Shown in pieces: positions 18,233 to 25,880 of a DNA stretch of 36,922 bases. The DNA comes from Candidatus Aminicenantes bacterium (GTDB lineage: Bacteria > Acidobacteriota > Aminicenantia > UBA2199). Position 1 is the first letter of the stretch. Each line of letters starts with the position of its first letter. A model generated the notes under the pieces. It made no database searches, was not told the origin of the DNA, and saw only the letters and a list, made by a program, of their open reading frames with translations. The DNA lies in the NCBI GenBank assembly GCA_026393775.1, contig JAPKZM010000269.1:1-36922 (forward strand). The letters run 5' to 3'. The position numbers and the translations under genes are program-made.

Positions 18233-19077
18233 GCAATCTTGGTTACCCACAGGTCGATTTGCTTTTCTTCCTGCAAAAAACGGCCGGGGCGTGCCAACCA
18301 ATGCCGCAGAGACTGGCAGGCGGCAAACATATGGCGGGTTGGTTCCGGCGTGGCGGATGTTCTGGAGATACTGGTTGCGTACGGGAGTTCTCGGACCAGG
18401 GAGATGATCTGTCTTTCGGTGATCCAGTTGAGCTCGTGCAGAGCGGTTAAAGGACGGCCCAGAAATTTCAAATAGAGGGCGGCGATGTTCTTGTTCATCT
18501 TCGGCCAGAAAAAGATTCCATAGTGGGGCTCAAAAAAACCACTGTAGTCCGGAGCGCGGACATATAGAACCCCGCCCGGTTTCAAAACCCGCAGCATCTC
18601 ACTCAGGCATTGCCTGACATCACGTACATGCTCCAGGGTCTGGAACGTGGTGACCAGTCCGAAATGGGCATCCGGAAAGGGAAGAGCCTCGCCCCAGCCG
18701 GGGACAAGCCTCGGCCGATAGGTTGCGGGGTATCCTGAGGCCGCAATCTTCTTGGAAAAATATTGCTGCTTCCAGGATTCGGGCTCCACTCCCCAGACGT
18801 CGCGACCGAGATGCAGGCCGTGCAGGAGGAAGGTGCCGCAACCGGCAGCTATATCCAATATCCTTTCTTTCCCTGGCAAGCGCTCACGGATGACACTCCA
18901 GCGTCCGTCGTAGTTGTCCCTGTCGTTGAACCAATTGTTCGTGATATGGGAAATACGGTCGGGGTCGTCGTTTCCCGAATAGGCTCGTATGCCTTGCAGG
19001 ATGCGTTCGCGCAATTCATGCCATAACTCCCGCTCCATTGGGTTCAACGGATTCGGTGCTGGTGGCGATACGTTCAT
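18229..19077 (-). CDS. Class I SAM-dependent methyltransferase
   Basis: Motif I is ILDIAAGCGTFLL, and the post-I and motif III region reads LRVLKPGGVLYV. Confidence 0.8.
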   Translation of the reverse strand: MNVSPPAPNPLNPMERELWHELRERILQGIRAYSGNDDPDRISHITNNWFNDRDNYDGRWSVIRERLPGKERILDIAAGCGTFLLHGLHLGRDVWGVEPESWKQQYFSKKIAASGYPATYRPRLVPGWGEALPFPDAHFGLVTTFQTLEHVRDVRQCLSEMLRVLKPGGVLYVRAPDYSGFFEPHYGIFFWPKMNKNIAALYLKFLGRPLTALHELNWITERQIISLVRELPYATSISRTSATPEPTRHMFAACQSLRHWLARPGRFLQEEKQIDLWVTKIA

Positions 19078-19784
19078 TTTGGCCCGGAGATCGCTGGCTT
19101 ACGGGCTATGACGACGTACGCCCAGGTCCATTTTTCGTTGCGATGCAGTTTCTCCAGGGCCAGAAAGAACAGGTTATTAAAGGCAGTGCATAGCGAAATA
19201 AAGGGCCAGAAAATTCCCCACTTGAAACTGTTCAAATAATAATTGAATTCACTTCCGAAGGTCACGAAAAAACCTGAAAGGGCCTTGATCTCGAGCACCT
19301 CGAACCCGGCTTTGGCAAAAATGTGGTCGATGCCGTAGCGGGTAAAACGGAAAAAATCGCGCGGCTCCTCGTGCAAATGCCAGGTCTGTGGGGCGGTGAA
19401 TACCGCCGTGCCGCCGGGTTTGAGCACGCGCAATGCCTCCCGCAGCGCTGTTTCCGGTTCTTCCAGGTGTTCGAGCACCGATGTGCACAGAACGCAGTCG
19501 AACTCGCCGTCGGCCGCGGGCAGCGCGTACGCCGTGCCGGTGCGGTCGATCGCCGAGTGATCGTGTGAGCTGCCGGCATGATCGACACCGACATAATGTT
19601 CAACAAAGCGGCCGACCAGGTCGCTTTTCCACTTGTTTCCGCAACCGATGTCGATCAGGTTGCCATGGAAGTGGCTGGCTGCGGCGGCTTCGATCTGGGC
19701 GCCGGCCCTTCGGATTACCAACCAGCCGGGATGGCTCAGTGGGTAACGGGCATAATAGCGCCGGCTCGGATTTTTAACAGCCAT
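19074..19784 (-). CDS. Class I SAM-dependent methyltransferase
   Basis: Motif I is LIDIGCGNKW. Also present are FDCVLCTSVLEHL and LRVLKPGGTAVFT. Confidence 0.8.
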   Translation of the reverse strand: MAVKNPSRRYYARYPLSHPGWLVIRRAGAQIEAAAASHFHGNLIDIGCGNKWKSDLVGRFVEHYVGVDHAGSSHDHSAIDRTGTAYALPAADGEFDCVLCTSVLEHLEEPETALREALRVLKPGGTAVFTAPQTWHLHEEPRDFFRFTRYGIDHIFAKAGFEVLEIKALSGFFVTFGSEFNYYLNSFKWGIFWPFISLCTAFNNLFFLALEKLHRNEKWTWAYVVIARKPAISGPK

Positions 19785-20743
19785 TAACGGAGATTTCCAA
19801 TCGGTTGTGGGTCGTTGCCGTCAGACAACCTGGATGCTCGTGTGTTCCGGTCGGCGAGCAGTTCCTGCAGTATGCATATCAATTTCTCCTGCTCGGCGTC
19901 TGCGGGTTCGTGCCGCTTTTCGGGGAAGGATGCGACGGCGGGATTTTTCTCGCGCGTACCCGGGCAACGCTGCCGGATTGCGCTGATCAGCACTTCCGGG
20001 TCCCGGCAAAAATCGTCGTAGGGGACATGCAGGACCCGGGCCGGGTCGATCTGCCTGAGGTCTTCGTTCATTTTTTCCTGGATGTCGATGAGTTGGCGCG
20101 GGATCTGCTCGACGACCGGCAAGTGGCGGATTTCCTCGAAACAGCGGGGAACGATGGAGAACCAGCGTGAGCCGTCGGGGCTTAGCTTGCGCCTGCCGAC
20201 CAGCACCGAAATGGCGACATCGGGCAGCGAACGCTCGACGACCAGGAAATGGGCGTTCGGGAAAATGTGGGCAAGTATGTTCAAGCGCAACAGGTGCTTG
20301 ACGTTCTTGTTCATGAAGGGGGCATCGGCAAAGATATTCTGCATCCGCAGGATGGTCCGCCGTACTGTCTCCAAATGAGACGCGGGCAGATCGCTGACCT
20401 CCTGGTAGCGATCGATGTTGAAGTAGTGGCCCCAGAAGGCACCGGCTTCGCGCGGAGCCATGGGGCCCCGACTGCGGCCGTAATCGCTGCGGAAGTCAGA
20501 CTGGTATGCAGGATGGAACCACCGCTGCCAGCGGCTTACCGTGCATGGCGCCAACGGGAAACGGCTTACGCCGTTCGTGAAGTAGGCCACATCTAGTCTG
20601 TGGACGATATACTGACTGACCAAGGTAGTGCCTGTCCGCGGAAGGCCGGTCAGGAAAAGTTGAGTCGAACCGCAATCAAAGGCGTGGGTTCGCTCCCATT
20701 TCTCCATTTGGGACAGCAGCCGGCTTCTCAACCCGAACAGCAT
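19784..20743 (-). CDS. PAPS-dependent sulfotransferase family protein
   Basis: The 5'-PSB loop is FLTGLPRTGTTLVSQYI. The 3'-PB-like segment is FPNAHFLVVERSLPDVAISV. The track ORF runs to 21109, but its first 122 aa overlap the upstream methyltransferase and look non-protein-like. The ATG at 20743 lies 1 nt after the upstream stop. Confidence 0.75.
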   Translation of the reverse strand: MLFGLRSRLLSQMEKWERTHAFDCGSTQLFLTGLPRTGTTLVSQYIVHRLDVAYFTNGVSRFPLAPCTVSRWQRWFHPAYQSDFRSDYGRSRGPMAPREAGAFWGHYFNIDRYQEVSDLPASHLETVRRTILRMQNIFADAPFMNKNVKHLLRLNILAHIFPNAHFLVVERSLPDVAISVLVGRRKLSPDGSRWFSIVPRCFEEIRHLPVVEQIPRQLIDIQEKMNEDLRQIDPARVLHVPYDDFCRDPEVLISAIRQRCPGTREKNPAVASFPEKRHEPADAEQEKLICILQELLADRNTRASRLSDGNDPQPIGNLR

Positions 20744-20744
20744 T

Positions 20745-21566
20745 TTAGCCCCTGCGGACGGCGAACAGGATATTGTTCTCCGGACCATGCATCGGGTTGC
20801 GATGCCGACGCACCTGTTCGATATGCAAATGATGGCGGCCCAGCAGGCGCCGCCAGAAAAAGACGGAACGTACACGTTTGTCAACCAACAGTGGGCTACG
20901 ATCGGAGACATTGCGGGTTTCGGTCCACGAGGAAAAATTGTCGCTGCGGTGGAACTGGGTGTTCTGGTTGATCCAGCCGAAATATCCGCTGATGATAAAG
21001 ATCCCGCCAGGGCGAAGCCGAGCAGCCAGGTGCTCGACCGCTCGCTCCAGTTCCGCATCGTCCACGATATGGAACATGACTCCGATCGCGCTGACCAGGT
21101 CAACCGCATCAGGGAGCGGCCCGGCGCTGGCGACGTCCTGGTTAATAACCGTTACCGGGGAAGAATGAAAGCGTTCCTGCAGGCGACACGCGGCAACCGT
21201 TGATATTTCTATCGCTGTCACCTGCTCGGCGTGGAAAGTATTGAGATAAAAATCGGTCCAGTGACCGGTTCCCGCTCCGATGTCCAACACATGGCTGAGC
21301 GGTAGCGCCCCTGCTCGAACGGCCATGAATTCGATTATGGCGTTTTCAACCTGGTTGTAATGGTAGCGCACCAGCAGCGGTTGGGCATCGGGCGATACGG
21401 TATGCCCATCGGAGTTGCTGTCCGTCAAAGAGTAATAAGATTCGAAGAATTCCTTGGCCCGATACGCGTGAACGGATCTTCGGCGGTAGCGCAGGGGCAG
21501 TAGGTAGGTTTTGGCGATGTGATAGGGTAGAAGTCGGCAGAGCGCGTTATAGGCTTTTTTTAACAT
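20745..21566 (-). CDS. Class I SAM-dependent methyltransferase
   Basis: Motif I is VLDIGAGTGHWTDFY. Also present is LRPGGIFIISGYF. I chose the start at 21566 (MLKKAYNAL) because a GAGGAA SD precedes it, while the longer ORF overlaps the upstream gene. Confidence 0.75.
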   Translation of the reverse strand: MLKKAYNALCRLLPYHIAKTYLLPLRYRRRSVHAYRAKEFFESYYSLTDSNSDGHTVSPDAQPLLVRYHYNQVENAIIEFMAVRAGALPLSHVLDIGAGTGHWTDFYLNTFHAEQVTAIEISTVAACRLQERFHSSPVTVINQDVASAGPLPDAVDLVSAIGVMFHIVDDAELERAVEHLAARLRPGGIFIISGYFGWINQNTQFHRSDNFSSWTETRNVSDRSPLLVDKRVRSVFFWRRLLGRHHLHIEQVRRHRNPMHGPENNILFAVRRG

Positions 21567-21576
21567 TTCATGTTCC

Positions 21577-22578
21577 TCAGTGGCGGATCCTTTCCAGCAC
21601 TCGGTGCAACACAGTCCGCCGCACCACCAAAGGTGCCTGTCGTTGCTGGGTGGCGAACGTTTGTTTGAATCGTCGTGTCCCCTGCAGCGACCCGCTGGGG
21701 TTGAAGTCATAAACCATGAAGCCGGTGGTGCTGGCATGTTCGATCATTTGCATCGTCTGCCAGTTGCGCACGCCGAGGACGAAGGCATCCGGGTCGTAGG
21801 CTGCCAACCATTCCACGGCATGACGGTTGTGGTAGAAATTAACACTTCCACCGACCAGCTTTTCGTCATGATACGCCAGCCATAATCGGCAGGATTCCGG
21901 GGCGAGATCCTGCAGGGCCCAAAACAGCTCATCCGGGTATGATAGGGTAGCCTTTTCACCCCAGCGTGAAATGGCGCGGCGGTAGAGCCCGATGAACGCC
22001 GTCCATTCGGTTGCAGCAACAGCTTGGCGAACGGCGATGCCGGCACGTTCTCCTTTGTGGATCTGTTTCCGACAGCTGTAGCATACGTGTTCAAGCAATC
22101 CGCCATTGCGACGTAGATCTTTCAAGTCAAGCGTCTCGCTGCTGTCCTCGCGCAATGTCCAAAGCCCCAGCCAATTTTTTGTGAGGGCATACAAGGCATC
22201 CGCCAGCAGGGCTGCGAAAGGCTCGTACGGAGTGAGTCGCCAGGTCAGTGAGTATCGCCGTGCCAATCGGAGGACCGCTGCCAGGAGATGTTCAAGAGTC
22301 ACTCCAGAGCCGTAAAGTGCCCCACCGTATGTCCCCGCTGCTGACATGACCAGTTCCTGGACTAGTCCCCGGAATCGCTGTCTGGAGGAGAATGGCAGCA
22401 CCAGATGTTGCCCGTCCGAAAAGTCGCAGCGAAGAGCTCCGGATTCGAGCCTTCCGAAAGCATCCCACATTTTGGCCCATGCTCGGGTGTGAAAAAAAGT
22501 TGCATGGGGGCAATTGCGGGCGGCCTCATCCCACTCGGCGCCAGTGGCCGGTCGGACACCCAGTAATCGTGGTGTCAT
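21577..22578 (-). CDS. FemAB-like / Acetyltransf_6 GNAT-fold protein (acyl or aminoacyl transferase)
   Basis: 333 aa. The N-terminus has ...CPHATFFHTRAWAKMWDAFG. The layout is two-lobed and the C-terminal region reads AVEWLAAYDPD...GFMVYDFNPSG. This resembles the FemAB-related proteins found in EPS loci. Confidence 0.55.
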   Translation of the reverse strand: MTPRLLGVRPATGAEWDEAARNCPHATFFHTRAWAKMWDAFGRLESGALRCDFSDGQHLVLPFSSRQRFRGLVQELVMSAAGTYGGALYGSGVTLEHLLAAVLRLARRYSLTWRLTPYEPFAALLADALYALTKNWLGLWTLREDSSETLDLKDLRRNGGLLEHVCYSCRKQIHKGERAGIAVRQAVAATEWTAFIGLYRRAISRWGEKATLSYPDELFWALQDLAPESCRLWLAYHDEKLVGGSVNFYHNRHAVEWLAAYDPDAFVLGVRNWQTMQMIEHASTTGFMVYDFNPSGSLQGTRRFKQTFATQQRQAPLVVRRTVLHRVLERIRH

Positions 22579-23733
22579 TTAGGACAAGATGCCCCGCACC
22601 GCCGCGATCACGTCGGCCACGTCTTCATCGCTGAGTTTTGGCGACAGCGGCAGGGAGACCGTCCGCTCCGATATCCACTTGGCGTTGGGGAAGTCGCCGG
22701 GTTTATAACCGTAGGTTCTTCGGTAATACGGGTGCAAATGCAGGGCGATATAATGGACACCGATGCCGATATTCTCGCGTGTCATCCGCTCGAGGAACCG
22801 GTCGCGGCTGATGCGCAGTCGCTCGGTATCCAGCAACAGCGTGTAGAGATGACGGGCGTGCTTCATGCCGCTCGTCACTGGGGCGGGCAGGAACACCGGT
22901 AGTTCTCGGAATGCGTCATCGTAGGCCCGCCAGATTTTTTCGCGCCGGCACCAATAGCGTTCGATGCGTGGCAACTGGTGGATGCCCAGCGACGCCTGCA
23001 GGTCGGTCATGTTATATTTGAAGCCTGCGTACACTACCTGGTAATGCTTGAACCCCTCATCTGAGTAACGCTTCCATGCGTCCTTGCTCATGCCGTGCAG
23101 GGCGAGCACCTTGATCTTGTCGGCATACTCAGAGCGGTTGGTGACGACCATCCCGCCTTCGCCGGTGACGATGTTCTTCGTCACGTAAAAGCTGTAGCAG
23201 CCGAGGGCGCCGAAACGGCCCACTTTTTTCCCTTTGAATTCGGCTTCGATGGCATGGGCGCAATCCTCAACGATGTCGAGGTTGTGCCGGCGGGCAATAT
23301 CGCAGATGGCATCCATCTCGCATGGCCGGCCGGCAAAATGCACCGGGATGATGGCCCGAGTCTTCTTCGTGATTTTCCGCTCTATGCCCTGAGGGTCGAT
23401 GTTCATGGTCTCGCGCCGGCAATCGGCCAGAACCGGCCGGCCGCCGGCGTGGATAACAGCGTTGGCTGTGGCGGCGAAAGTCATCGCCGGGACGATGACC
23501 TCGTCCCCCGGGCGGATGCCTAGTGCGAGCATGGATAGGTGCAGAGCCGCCGTACAGGAGTTGAGCGCCAAGGCATAGCGAGATCCATTGAAGGTTCGGA
23601 ACATTTCCTCGAATCGGTGGACTTTCGGTCCGGTGCCTATCCAGCCGGAACGCAAGGATGCCACTACTTCGGCGATCTCCGCTTCTTCAATGATGGGGCT
23701 ACCGAAAACCAAAAATTTCTTCCTTTGTGGCAT
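22579..23733 (-). CDS. DegT/DnrJ/EryC1 PLP aminotransferase, ArnB/SpsC-like (nucleotide-4-keto-sugar aminotransferase)
   Basis: Key segments are KKFLVFGSPIIEEAEIAEVVASLRSGWIGTGPKV, AIIPVHFAGRPCEMDAI..IVEDCAHA, the catalytic Lys in SFYVTKNIVTGEGG, and FKYNMTDLQASLG. By eye it aligns closely to E. coli ArnB. A GTG at 23778 would add 15 aa encoded by atypically AT-rich DNA, so I prefer the ATG at 23733. Confidence 0.85.
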   Translation of the reverse strand: MPQRKKFLVFGSPIIEEAEIAEVVASLRSGWIGTGPKVHRFEEMFRTFNGSRYALALNSCTAALHLSMLALGIRPGDEVIVPAMTFAATANAVIHAGGRPVLADCRRETMNIDPQGIERKITKKTRAIIPVHFAGRPCEMDAICDIARRHNLDIVEDCAHAIEAEFKGKKVGRFGALGCYSFYVTKNIVTGEGGMVVTNRSEYADKIKVLALHGMSKDAWKRYSDEGFKHYQVVYAGFKYNMTDLQASLGIHQLPRIERYWCRREKIWRAYDDAFRELPVFLPAPVTSGMKHARHLYTLLLDTERLRISRDRFLERMTRENIGIGVHYIALHLHPYYRRTYGYKPGDFPNAKWISERTVSLPLSPKLSDEDVADVIAAVRGILS

Positions 23734-23774
23734 CTGATTTATTCTGTTATTAAAATTATTCAGTCGCCAATGGC

Positions 23775-24884
23775 TCACACACCCTTGATGGCTGCCACGA
23801 TCTCTTCTTGGGTTTGCGGTTCCAGGTAGGGGTGCATGGGCAGACTGAAGATCTCATCGGCAATTTTTTCGGCGACCGGGAAATCGCCCTGGCTGTAGCC
23901 CAGGCCGGCGAAAGCCTCCTGCAGATGCAAGGGGATGGGGTAGTAGACGGCGGTCGGAATGCCGTTCTCGCGAAGTTTTTTAACGATCTCGTCGCGGCGT
24001 GGATGCAGCACCGAATACTGCGCCCAAGCCGAAACATTTTCCTGCAGCACCCGCGGCACCTTGACGGTTCCTGCCAGCAGCTGATTGTAGCGGCCGGCGA
24101 CCTCCTGGCGTAGTTCGATCTCTTCTGGAAATATCTCCATTTTGGCCAGCAGGACGGCGGCTTGCAGGGAATCCATGCGGCCGTTGATGCCCAGGCGCAC
24201 GTTGGTGTATTTGTCCACCCCCTGGCCATGAACGCGGATGGAGAGCAGCTGGTCGCAGATATCTTTTTTAGAGGTGAAAATCATGCCGCCGTCACCATAG
24301 CAGCCCAATGGCTTGGCCGGGAAAAAGCTGGTGGCGGCCACCCTGGCCAGGGAGCCGGCCTTTTTGCCGTTCTGCTCGGCGCCGAAGCTTTGGGCGGCGT
24401 CCTCCAAAACGAACAGGCCGTATTTTTCGGCGATGGCCTGAATGGCCCGATATTCGGCGGGCTGGCCGAAAAGGTCCACCGGGATGATGCCCCTGGGTTT
24501 CAGGCGGCCTTCGGTCACCGTCTTGGCGATCGCTCTCTCCAGCTTGAGCGGGTCGATGTTAAAGGTTTCGTTGTCGATGTCGACGAAGACCGCCGTCGCG
24601 CCCAGCAATCCGATCACCTCGGCGGTGGCAATGAAGGTGAAGGTGCTGGTGAAAACGGCGTCGCCGGGGCCGATATTCTCCACCATCAGCGGCATGAGCA
24701 GGGCATCGGTGCCGCTGGCGACGGACAAGGCATGGGGCATGTTCACGAACGCGGCCAACTTTTCCTCGAGTTCGCGGATTTCCGGCCCCAGGATATACTG
24801 GCCGTGGTCGAGGACTTTTTTGATCCTTTCTTCGAGCTGCCGGCGGATCCTTTTTTGCTGGGCAGCCAGATCGATGAAATGCAT
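23775..24884 (-). CDS. DegT-family PLP aminotransferase, WbpE/WlbC-like (UDP-2-acetamido-2-deoxy-3-oxo-sugar 3-aminotransferase type)
   Basis: Key segments are MHFIDLAAQQKRIRRQLEERIKKVLDHGQYILGPEIRELEEKLAAF, IIPVDLFGQPAEY, VLEDAAQSFGA, TSFFPAKPLGCYGDGG and NGRMDSLQAAVLL. It matches my recollection of P. aeruginosa WbpE along its whole length. AGGAGA SD; first gene of the long operon. Confidence 0.85.
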   Translation of the reverse strand: MHFIDLAAQQKRIRRQLEERIKKVLDHGQYILGPEIRELEEKLAAFVNMPHALSVASGTDALLMPLMVENIGPGDAVFTSTFTFIATAEVIGLLGATAVFVDIDNETFNIDPLKLERAIAKTVTEGRLKPRGIIPVDLFGQPAEYRAIQAIAEKYGLFVLEDAAQSFGAEQNGKKAGSLARVAATSFFPAKPLGCYGDGGMIFTSKKDICDQLLSIRVHGQGVDKYTNVRLGINGRMDSLQAAVLLAKMEIFPEEIELRQEVAGRYNQLLAGTVKVPRVLQENVSAWAQYSVLHPRRDEIVKKLRENGIPTAVYYPIPLHLQEAFAGLGYSQGDFPVAEKIADEIFSLPMHPYLEPQTQEEIVAAIKGV

Positions 24885-24966
24885 ATTTTAATCTCCTAAT
24901 TGATTTTCAAATTTGCCTGGCCGGATGCGAATAAGCTACCGCCGCTGCATGAGGGCCGTTCAAATA

Positions 24967-24982
24967 AGCATGTTTTTTGCCA
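24967..24982 (-). promoter_or_regulatory. Weak candidate sigma54 -24/-12 element facing the glycan operon
   Basis: The minus strand reads TGGCAA-AAAAC-ATGCT, with GG and GC 12 nt apart as in TGGCAC-N5-TTGCW. It lies about 85 nt upstream of the ATG at 24884. About one such match is expected by chance in this window. Confidence 0.25.
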
Positions 24983-25143
24983 TTAGGGGCTGATCCTGTA
25001 ACCGTGGTGATGATATATCATTTTACTATTCCTTTGCAAGCTGGAAGCTGGTTCGATTCCGGCAACATAGAGCAATGATTTGGAATTCGGCTTGGGCTTG
25101 TAATAAAAAAACAACCGCCTCAAGTGGACGGAAATTCAAATAA

Positions 25144-25168
25144 TGACAAAAATTGGCATTTTTTGTGA
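25144..25168. promoter_or_regulatory. Imperfect palindrome; candidate enhancer-binding-protein (UAS) site for the pilin promoter
   Basis: TGACAAAAA-N7-TTTTTGTGA, with 8 of 9 arm positions complementary. It is centred about 100 nt upstream of the predicted sigma54 start site. Confidence 0.3.
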
Positions 25169-25231
25169 CTTTTTTTGGTAAATTCCGGGCGGTTAAAAAT
25201 TGAAATCGGCCTGCAGACAGGCGATTTTATT

Positions 25232-25246
25232 TGGCAGACAAATTGC
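25232..25246 (+). promoter_or_regulatory. sigma54 (RpoN) -24/-12 promoter of the pilin gene
   Basis: TGGCAG-ACAAA-TTGCT compared with the consensus TGGCAC-N5-TTGCW. GG is at 25233-34 and GC at 25245-46. It sits about 33 nt upstream of the ATG, with an AAGGAGG SD at 25266-25272. Confidence 0.6.
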
Positions 25247-25278
25247 TTATAAAAAGTAGATCCTTAAGGAGGTTCTGA

Positions 25279-25734
25279 ATGAACAAGAAAGGTTTTACAT
25301 TGATTGAATTGCTGATCGTTGTGGCCATCATCGGTATCGTGGCCGCCATCGCGATTCCAAACCTGTTGGTCGCGTTGCAGAAAGGCAAGCAGAAAGCGAC
25401 GATGGGCGACATGAAGTCGGTCGGCACCGCCTTGGAAGTCTATACCACCGACAATTCGATGGTTCCCAATGCCGATCTCATCACTCTCAACACGGCCACC
25501 TATTTTATCCCCTTCTACATCAAGGTCCTGCCGTTGGTAGATTCCTGGGGAACGGCTTGGGATTATGCATCCGGGGCCACCCCCAGCGACCAGTATTCGG
25601 TCACCTCTTGGGGCCGTGACAAGGCAGCCGCAACGATTGGGACCATGTATCAAGTGACCAAAATTGGCGATTTCAACAACAACATCACCTTCTCCAATGG
25701 TCAGTTCACTCTCGGGCCGATAGTCAAAAAATAA
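25279..25734 (+). CDS. Prepilin-type (class III signal peptide) protein, GspG-like pseudopilin/pilin
   Basis: MNKKG|FTLIELLIVVAIIGIVAAIAIPNLL carries the prepilin peptidase site and Glu at +5. The GspG-like globular part reads ...LPLVDSWGTAWDYASG...VTSWGRDKA. Strong SD. Confidence 0.9.
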   Translation: MNKKGFTLIELLIVVAIIGIVAAIAIPNLLVALQKGKQKATMGDMKSVGTALEVYTTDNSMVPNADLITLNTATYFIPFYIKVLPLVDSWGTAWDYASGATPSDQYSVTSWGRDKAAATIGTMYQVTKIGDFNNNITFSNGQFTLGPIVKK

Positions 25735-25757
25735 TCGCGTCCCGTTCTTTTTTCACA

Positions 25758-25792
25758 AGCGGCTGGAAGTTTTTTCCAGCCGCTTTTTTTTT
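25758..25792 (+). terminator. Rho-independent terminator after the pilin gene
   Basis: A perfect 11-bp stem (agcggctggaa / ttccagccgct) with a 5-nt loop, followed by T8. Confidence 0.85.
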
Positions 25793-25880
25793 ACTGCTGA
25801 ATTACTCGGTCAGCGGGGTCAAGTATTTATTTTTCCTGCGCCTGGCTTATTTTTTATTCCTTTTCCTTTTAGCCGCTTTT

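Noticed and set aside
20744-21109. N-terminal 122 aa of the 441-aa track ORF 19784..21109.
   Set aside because: It overlaps the 3' end of the methyltransferase gene in another frame and is Ser/Cys/Trp-rich nonsense. The sulfotransferase homology begins right after the ATG at 20743, which sits 1 nt past the upstream stop.
24162-24899. Long antisense ORFs opposite real genes. Examples are 24162..24899(+), 29766..30668(+), 34913..36124(+), 16706..17563(+), 16767..17588(-), 1895..2686(+) and 8450..9214(+).
   Set aside because: Each lies fully inside a gene with strong family motifs on the other strand or in another frame. The translations are Gly/Arg/Asp/Ala-rich, have no recognisable domains and lack start-site signals.
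25047-25063. tRNA T-arm-like sequence GCTGG-TTCGATT-CCGGC in the pilin/glycan intergenic region. It could be a tRNA gene or an att-site remnant of an integrated island.
   Set aside because: I could find no matching acceptor stem, D-arm or anticodon arm in the flanking 80 nt on either side. It also does not match the 3' end of the tRNA-Arg at 36126..36198. No integrase or direct-repeat partner is visible in the window. It may be a relic or a chance match, since an 11-mer is expected about 0.02 times here, but it is not a functional tRNA.
25675-25700. NNNITFS in the pilin as a PglB-type N-glycosylation sequon.
   Set aside because: The bacterial sequon needs D/E at -2 (D/E-X-N-X-S/T). The Asn of the N-I-T triplet has Asn at -2, and no PglB-like STT3 protein is evident in the window.
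25794-25880. Open, Phe/Leu-rich reading frame upstream of the TTG start of the first Wzy_C gene, which might be a longer N-terminus.
   Set aside because: It contains no ATG, GTG or TTG start, and it overlaps the pilin terminator T-tract. The hydrophobic translation is explained by the T-rich intergenic composition. The exact start of this gene stays uncertain.
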